This document shows, piece by piece, positions 58,865-64,000 of a stretch of DNA of 64,000 nt (the stretch's first letter is position 1; each line of letters starts with the position of its first letter). The DNA lies in the NCBI GenBank assembly GCA_002502095.1, contig DAPJ01000028.1, positions 37,387 through 101,386 on the forward strand, given 5' to 3'. Below the pieces are notes generated by a model. That model had not been told where the DNA came from, searched no databases, and worked only from the letters and a program-made list of their open reading frames with translations. This DNA is from Euryarchaeota archaeon UBA62 (GTDB lineage Archaea; Thermoplasmatota; Poseidoniia; Poseidoniales; Thalassarchaeaceae). The position numbers and the translations under genes are program-made.

Positions 58865-60034
58865 TTGACTATGGATACAGATAACATTGTTGACTTCTCT
58901 CCTAGTCTTAGACTGGTAGGGACTGCACATGTCAGTAGTAAATCTGTAGAGATGGTCAGAAAGGAGATTTCTGAATATGAACCAGATATCGTCGCAGTTG
59001 AACTATGCAAATCTAGGCTTTCATCTCTTAAAGAGCCTGAATCTCTGGACTCTGAAGATCTATTGAAGATAATCAAAGAAGGAAAATCTCCAATGATTCT
59101 TCTACAATCTGCCTTGGCCGCTCAACAGAGAAAAATGGGACTGACTACTGGGGAGAAGCCCGGAGCTGAGCTTCTAGAAGCGGTACAAAGTGCAGAGGAG
59201 TCTAATATCCCTGTTGAAATGATAGACAGAGATGTAGTGGTTACCCTTAGAAGAGCTTGGCGCGGGATGGGAATTATTGAGAAGTGGAGAGTTCTCAGCA
59301 CCCTCCTCCTAGATGAGGAGGAGGAGGAGGAGCTTTCCATAGATGAGATATTGGGGGACTCCGATATGTTGAGTAAGATGATGGAGGATGCTAGAGATGT
59401 TGCACCAGGTGCGGGAGAAGTCCTTATCGATGAGAGAGATGCTTTCCTGGCTGGAAGAATCCAACAAATAAGTGGCAATGGAAAGGTACTGGCAGTGGTT
59501 GGTGCTGGACATCTGGAAGGGATTGTAGACAATCTCAATAATCCACCGATGGATATTAATTCTAGACTAGCTGAACTCAGTACAGAACCATCGAAGAAGA
59601 TATGGCCCAAGGTAATAATGGCGGCAGTACCACTTTTCCTGTTTGGATCGGTAGGCTATATGGCATACAATGGAGATATGGAAGAAATATGGCAGACTGC
59701 GGAGACATGGTTGGTACTCAATGCGGTACTTGCGGGACTAGGGGTATTGATAGTTAGAGGCCATCCTTTGTCCATTTTAGCAGGGGCTTTGGCTTCGCCG
59801 ATTACCTCTCTCAACCCAGCTCTCGCTGCAGGATGGTTCGCTGGATATGCCCAGATTAAGGTAGACGGACCAACGGGGGGCGATGCTCAAGAATTTCTCG
59901 TTCTGGATGATTTCTCACTATTATGGAGAAATCGAGTTGGGAAGGTTCTGATGGTCACCATGATGGGGAACATGGGCTCATCTATAGGAGCGTGGTTGGC
60001 TGGCGGAGCTATTTTTATGCAACTATTCGGCTAA
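58865..60034 (+). CDS. TraB/PrgY family protein with C-terminal TMs
   Basis: LVGTAHVS, VAVELC..R, PGAE, IDRD..TL.RAW, LIDERD, VVGAGH. Confidence 0.88.
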   Translation: MTMDTDNIVDFSPSLRLVGTAHVSSKSVEMVRKEISEYEPDIVAVELCKSRLSSLKEPESLDSEDLLKIIKEGKSPMILLQSALAAQQRKMGLTTGEKPGAELLEAVQSAEESNIPVEMIDRDVVVTLRRAWRGMGIIEKWRVLSTLLLDEEEEEELSIDEILGDSDMLSKMMEDARDVAPGAGEVLIDERDAFLAGRIQQISGNGKVLAVVGAGHLEGIVDNLNNPPMDINSRLAELSTEPSKKIWPKVIMAAVPLFLFGSVGYMAYNGDMEEIWQTAETWLVLNAVLAGLGVLIVRGHPLSILAGALASPITSLNPALAAGWFAGYAQIKVDGPTGGDAQEFLVLDDFSLLWRNRVGKVLMVTMMGNMGSSIGAWLAGGAIFMQLFG

Positions 60035-60237
60035 TCCTCTTGACCCCATTCAAGGGAGCTCCATCCTCTTTCATGCACATAGTAAAGTATCAACTTGGTC
60101 ACTACCTCTAACCCTGCAATTGACGCTGCAATTACTTCATCAGAGGTGAATAACCAAGCTAGAATGAAGGTGTCGGTAGTGGCTATAACTCTCCATGTAA
60201 TGGTCTTGGCCAAACTACGCTTTTTACTAGCGGCCAT
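60031..60237 (-). CDS. DUF2061 small membrane protein
   Basis: SKKRSLAKTITWRVIAT..YYVHERGW. GAGGTG SD upstream. Confidence 0.85.
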   Translation of the reverse strand: MAASKKRSLAKTITWRVIATTDTFILAWLFTSDEVIAASIAGLEVVTKLILYYVHERGWSSLEWGQED

Positions 60238-60264
60238 TATTCACCTCTATCATCTGTAAATAAT

Positions 60265-61500
60265 TCAGATTGCCTCAATAACAACAGCAATACCTTGGCC
60301 TCCACCTATGCATGCAGTTGCTACACCGTACCTACCGCCCCTCCTCCTGAGCTCTAATGAGAGAGTCAATAGCAGCCTAGTTCCAGTGGCTGCAAGAGGA
60401 TGTCCGAGTCCTACTGCTCCTCCGTTAACATTTACTTTCGATGGGTCGATACCTAGGTCCTTGATACAGGCTACACACTGTCCGGCAAAGGCCTCATTGA
60501 TCTCCCAAAGATCGATATCTTCGACTTTCAGACCGGCTTTCTGGAGAGCCAGATTACTACTGGGAACAGGTCCATGGGCCATTATTTTAGGGTCCAACCC
60601 TACAATTCCCCAAGATACTATTCGTGAAAGTGGCGAATCCCCGTCTGATTTAGCTCTCGCACCCGACTTAACAACGATTGCCGCCGCACCATCGACTACA
60701 CCAGATGCATTTCCAGCTGTCACAAGAGAGTCAGGGCCAAAGTGCGTCCTAAGTCCTGAGAGTGACTCCATGGTAGTCCCTAAAACAACGTGATCATCAT
60801 GGGACGAGTCCAAGACTCCTTCGGGGGTAATAACCTCCACAATTTCATCTTCCCAAATGCCATTTCTGATGCTATTCTCAGTCCTCTGATGGCTCAATGC
60901 AGCGAAACTATCTGCGTCTTCTCTAGAAACATCAAGCATCTTACATAGCTCGTCACTGGTCTGAGCCATGAAATATCCACACACATCATCCCTCAGATTT
61001 GTGAAGAAGTAATCCTCCATATCACGGGGAATCTCCTCACCTTTTCTTGGAGATCTACCGAGCTTGTATGTAGTTCTCTCATCTCTGAGGACATGAGGAG
61101 ATTGGCTTAGGTTCTCCATTCCTCCAGCCACCACTGTCTCCGCCTCTCCAAGCATTATCATCTGTGCCGCTGAAACCACTGATTGGGCACCGCTTCCACA
61201 GAGTCTGTTTATGGTCAACATGGGAACCTGATGAGGAATTCCAGACAATATTCCAGCTCTTCTGGCTCCGAAAATTGCCTGTGATGAGGTTTGAAGGGCG
61301 TGCCCCATAATCACATGATCTACTTCGGAAGGTTCAGTACCGGTCTTCTCGAGAGCTCCTTTAATTGCTATTGATCCCAATTCCTCAGCACTTATCGAAG
61401 CCAGTCTTCCCCCTTGTCCTCCGTCTCCTCTTTTTCCACCTAGCCACTCACAGAAAGGCGTCCTAGCCCCTCCTACAATGACTATATCGTTATCCTCCAT
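60265..61500 (-). CDS. Thiolase (acetyl-CoA C-acyltransferase)
   Basis: INRLCGSG, TAGNASG..DGAAA, EINEAFA, GHPLAATG, ACIGGGQG. Confidence 0.93.
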   Translation of the reverse strand: MEDNDIVIVGGARTPFCEWLGGKRGDGGQGGRLASISAEELGSIAIKGALEKTGTEPSEVDHVIMGHALQTSSQAIFGARRAGILSGIPHQVPMLTINRLCGSGAQSVVSAAQMIMLGEAETVVAGGMENLSQSPHVLRDERTTYKLGRSPRKGEEIPRDMEDYFFTNLRDDVCGYFMAQTSDELCKMLDVSREDADSFAALSHQRTENSIRNGIWEDEIVEVITPEGVLDSSHDDHVVLGTTMESLSGLRTHFGPDSLVTAGNASGVVDGAAAIVVKSGARAKSDGDSPLSRIVSWGIVGLDPKIMAHGPVPSSNLALQKAGLKVEDIDLWEINEAFAGQCVACIKDLGIDPSKVNVNGGAVGLGHPLAATGTRLLLTLSLELRRRGGRYGVATACIGGGQGIAVVIEAI

Positions 61501-61546
61501 GCATAACGCATGGGGATACTGCTCAAGAGCCTGACGATTGGCAGGT

Positions 61547-62992
61547 CTATGACTGATCGTCCTCAGTCATGGAGCCAAGATAGTCTGGCAACTCCACTCC
61601 TGACATCTTTGCAACGTCGTGTATTGGAGGTAGGCTCTGTACTAGGCTACTCACAAAGTTACTGGTAGCTGACGATCCTTCTGAGTTATTGCCACTGTCC
61701 CAAACAGTAATCTTGTCAATCTTCAAGTTCCTGATAGCCTCGGTTTGAGCGGCTACCATGTTCTCGATTTTCTCGACCATCAGTAGTGTGGCAGCCGCCT
61801 TTGGATCTCCTGAAGCGCTGGACACCAGATTGCTGTAACCTTGTGCCTTCGCATCGAGAACCTTCTGTATTCCTTCAGCTTCTGCTTCGTACTTCGCCAG
61901 TATTGCATCCGCCTCTCCCTTGGCGACTCTCCTCTGCCTCTCGGCTTCTGCATCTGCCTGTATCTCTATTTGCTGTTTCTGGATAGTGACCTGTACGATC
62001 TCACTTGCCTTCAATCTCTCCTCTTCCTCGGAGTAGAAAGCCTTCTGAATCTCTGCTTCAGCTTTAGCCTTGGCTACATCGGCCCTTTGCTTGGCGGACG
62101 CTTCTGCTTCCGCCAAATCTGCGTTTGCCCTGGCTATTTCGGCTTGGGCTGAGTTCTCTCCAGAAATTGCCATAGCCTCCTGCTGTTCTACGAATACACG
62201 CTGATCGGCCTCTGCGGCTTTTCTTCCCTTCTCTGCTGCGGCCATATTCTCAGCTACGGTGATTTCCCTCTCCTTGCTTGCGATAGCGGCGCCTATAGCT
62301 CCGTCCCTCTCTGCGTTGGCCACGTCCACTCTAGCATTCTCAACAGCAGTTGCCGCCGCCTTCTTACCAATACTCTCGATATAGTCAGACTCGTCTGTAA
62401 TGTCGACAATGTTGACGTTTAGCTGGGTTAATCCGAACTTCCTAAGCTCCTGATCGACGTTCTGAGTGATTAGGGATAGGAAAGCATCTCGATCTTGATT
62501 AATCTGCTCAATTGTTAGGGAGGCTACAGTAAGACGCAACTGACCCAGAATTATCTCCTCGGCTAGTTTCTCTATCTCTGGAATTTTGAATCCTAGAAGT
62601 CTCTCAGCTGCATTGGCCATGATGGAGGGTTCCTTGCTAACACCAACTGTAAATGTACTTGGAACGTTTATTCTGATATTCTGAAGGGATAGGGCACCTT
62701 TCAAATCGATATTAATTGGCATTGGCTTTAGAGATATATACGCATAATCCTGAATTAATGGCCAAACTAGTGCCGCTCCTCCGTGGACTACACGAGAAGG
62801 TTTAGCCTTTCCATCCGCTGCCTTAGCGGTTCTTCCATAGATTACCATCACCTGATCTGGCGGACATCTCTTGTATCTCTGAGCAAAGAATATTACGGCA
62901 GCCACCAAAACCAATATGATTGCGAAAATCATTATTGTTCCTATAGTTCCACCATCTGCTCCGTCTGCTTGCCTGAGCGTTGTCATTAACAT
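61547..62992 (-). CDS. Flotillin-family SPFH protein
   Basis: N-terminal TM, RYKRCP, SPFH domain (GQLR..LTIEQINQDR), AEA-rich coiled coil, IDKITVWD. Confidence 0.9.
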   Translation of the reverse strand: MLMTTLRQADGADGGTIGTIMIFAIILVLVAAVIFFAQRYKRCPPDQVMVIYGRTAKAADGKAKPSRVVHGGAALVWPLIQDYAYISLKPMPINIDLKGALSLQNIRINVPSTFTVGVSKEPSIMANAAERLLGFKIPEIEKLAEEIILGQLRLTVASLTIEQINQDRDAFLSLITQNVDQELRKFGLTQLNVNIVDITDESDYIESIGKKAAATAVENARVDVANAERDGAIGAAIASKEREITVAENMAAAEKGRKAAEADQRVFVEQQEAMAISGENSAQAEIARANADLAEAEASAKQRADVAKAKAEAEIQKAFYSEEEERLKASEIVQVTIQKQQIEIQADAEAERQRRVAKGEADAILAKYEAEAEGIQKVLDAKAQGYSNLVSSASGDPKAAATLLMVEKIENMVAAQTEAIRNLKIDKITVWDSGNNSEGSSATSNFVSSLVQSLPPIHDVAKMSGVELPDYLGSMTEDDQS

Positions 62993-63076
62993 CCTGTTCA
63001 CTCCTGACTCTATGAGGCAGGCACAGGTCATGAACTCTTTCCCGAAAATTGAGAAAAATTAGGCTGGGGTGCGAAA

Positions 63077-63676
63077 TCATATTCTCTTTACTAGGAGAAC
63101 TTCGCCCATTGTACCGACCACTTCAATTAGCCTTCCTGTTCCAATTTCTTGCTTGTCTTCGGACCTTGCATTGTAGGTACTGAGAGAACCATTGGTCTCG
63201 ATCTGAACTTGACCAACACCCTCATGAGGTATCACCAGGTATACCTGACCTTTACAACCGATGGTATCTACAATATCCACATTTCCGGAAGATTGCATTG
63301 CCATAAAAACCTCGAATAGTTTTGCAGTTCCATACATTGATGCAGTTCCAGCTATTCCTCCCGCTGCCACAGCGACTGGATCTGTCCCGTCTGATTTCAA
63401 TACCCAGAGTCCGGCCAGGCCGAAGAACATGAGGAAAGCCATCACCCCTTGGAAAGTCAGAGCCTTGAATGATGCATCTGAGCTCATAACATCTATTTCC
63501 ATTCCGAATAGACCCTCGAAAACTCCCTCAGCGACACCACCTACAAGCATAAGTACGAACCATAGAAGAAATAGAATTCCCCCTAGAAGGGCAGAAATCC
63601 CAAAAATCCACTCTAATCCAGTTGCATCTCCTAGCCCTACGAGGTCAAAGAGGTTGAAATCATTGATATCCACCAT
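63077..63676 (-). CDS. NfeD-like membrane protein (flotillin partner)
   Basis: Several TMs plus a C-terminal OB-fold (IGCKGQVYLVIP..GQVQI..A.S...I.TG..IEVV). GGAGGGG SD before MVDIND. Confidence 0.85.
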   Translation of the reverse strand: MVDINDFNLFDLVGLGDATGLEWIFGISALLGGILFLLWFVLMLVGGVAEGVFEGLFGMEIDVMSSDASFKALTFQGVMAFLMFFGLAGLWVLKSDGTDPVAVAAGGIAGTASMYGTAKLFEVFMAMQSSGNVDIVDTIGCKGQVYLVIPHEGVGQVQIETNGSLSTYNARSEDKQEIGTGRLIEVVGTMGEVLLVKRI

Positions 63677-63729
63677 AACCCCTCCTAGGGGATAGGGCAT
63701 TTGACACATTCGGCGTTTTTGGTTCCGAA

Positions 63730-63843
63730 CTAGTAGTTGGGAACTCCTTCGCAGCACGCCTCGACCACTCTGTAGCATCTAGGGCATTCCATGTGTTGCC
63801 TCCTAGGAACTGCATCTCCCCTGAAACCACAGATGCAACTCAT
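63730..63843 (-). CDS. 37-aa Cys-rich putative metal-binding microprotein
   Basis: Manual translation MSCICGFRGDAVPRRQHMECPRCYRVVEACCEGVPNY*. An alternative in-frame ATG lies at 63867. Confidence 0.6.
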   Translation of the reverse strand: MSCICGFRGDAVPRRQHMECPRCYRVVEACCEGVPNY

Positions 63844-63914
63844 GGATTTACAGTGGTCGGAGTCCATGATTAGTGAAAGACGAAACTAGGATTTATTCTT
63901 CTCGGTGTTTTTTC

Positions 63915-63998
63915 CTACTTTTTGTTGTTCCTGATGGCCAGATATCTCTCTGCGGCTAGAATAGGCCCAAGAGACGAGCCAGTCACAATTGACGTTAT
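63915..63998 (-). CDS. Probable 3' end of a membrane protein starting beyond the window
   Basis: Open frame ITSIVTGSSLGPILAAERYLAIRNNKK* running from the window edge. Confidence 0.35.
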   Translation of the reverse strand: MTSIVTGSSLGPILAAERYLAIRNNKK

Positions 63999-64000
63999 TA

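Noticed and set aside
58865..60034. TraB as evidence of conjugation
   Set aside because: The TraB/PrgY family is a widespread chromosomal family in archaea, and no transfer genes are nearby.
61800..62400. GC-richer stretch in flotillin as foreign DNA
   Set aside because: Explained by the Ala/Glu-rich coiled-coil composition.
1093..63695. Numerous 60-180 aa antisense or alternate-frame ORFs in the track
   Set aside because: They are shadows of well-supported genes, with no recognisable motifs.

Overview
This is a gene-dense archaeal chromosome segment. Class I LysRS, aRF1, aIF-2beta, Trm56, a GfcR-like protein, a NOG1 GTPase, XPD and DUF2116 occur together with many bacterial-type metabolic genes and giant acidic membrane-anchored surface proteins. 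That mix points to Marine Group II (Ca. Poseidoniales, Thermoplasmatota); this is an inference and no search was run. I found about 55 CDS and one tRNA-Leu(UAA), but no rRNA, CRISPR array, integrase or transposase. Main blocks: (i) a polar-amino-acid ABC transporter whose permease carries an N-terminal secreted BNR/YCF48-type beta-propeller where a substrate-binding domain would sit, convergent with gdhA; (ii) a 2994-aa Ca-binding/TgpA-like surface protein with a degenerate transglutaminase triad; (iii) tRNA-Leu, folB, a folM-like SDR, a lipA-bkdA1A2B-lpdA-lipB-PLP lyase operon, ubiX and a SAP-domain M28 peptidase; (iv) translation and nucleotide housekeeping genes; (v) folP, traB, a thiolase and a flotillin/NfeD pair. 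Two Cys-rich microproteins below the ORF-track cut-off were read directly from the DNA. The propeller-permease fusion is the best candidate for an undescribed system.
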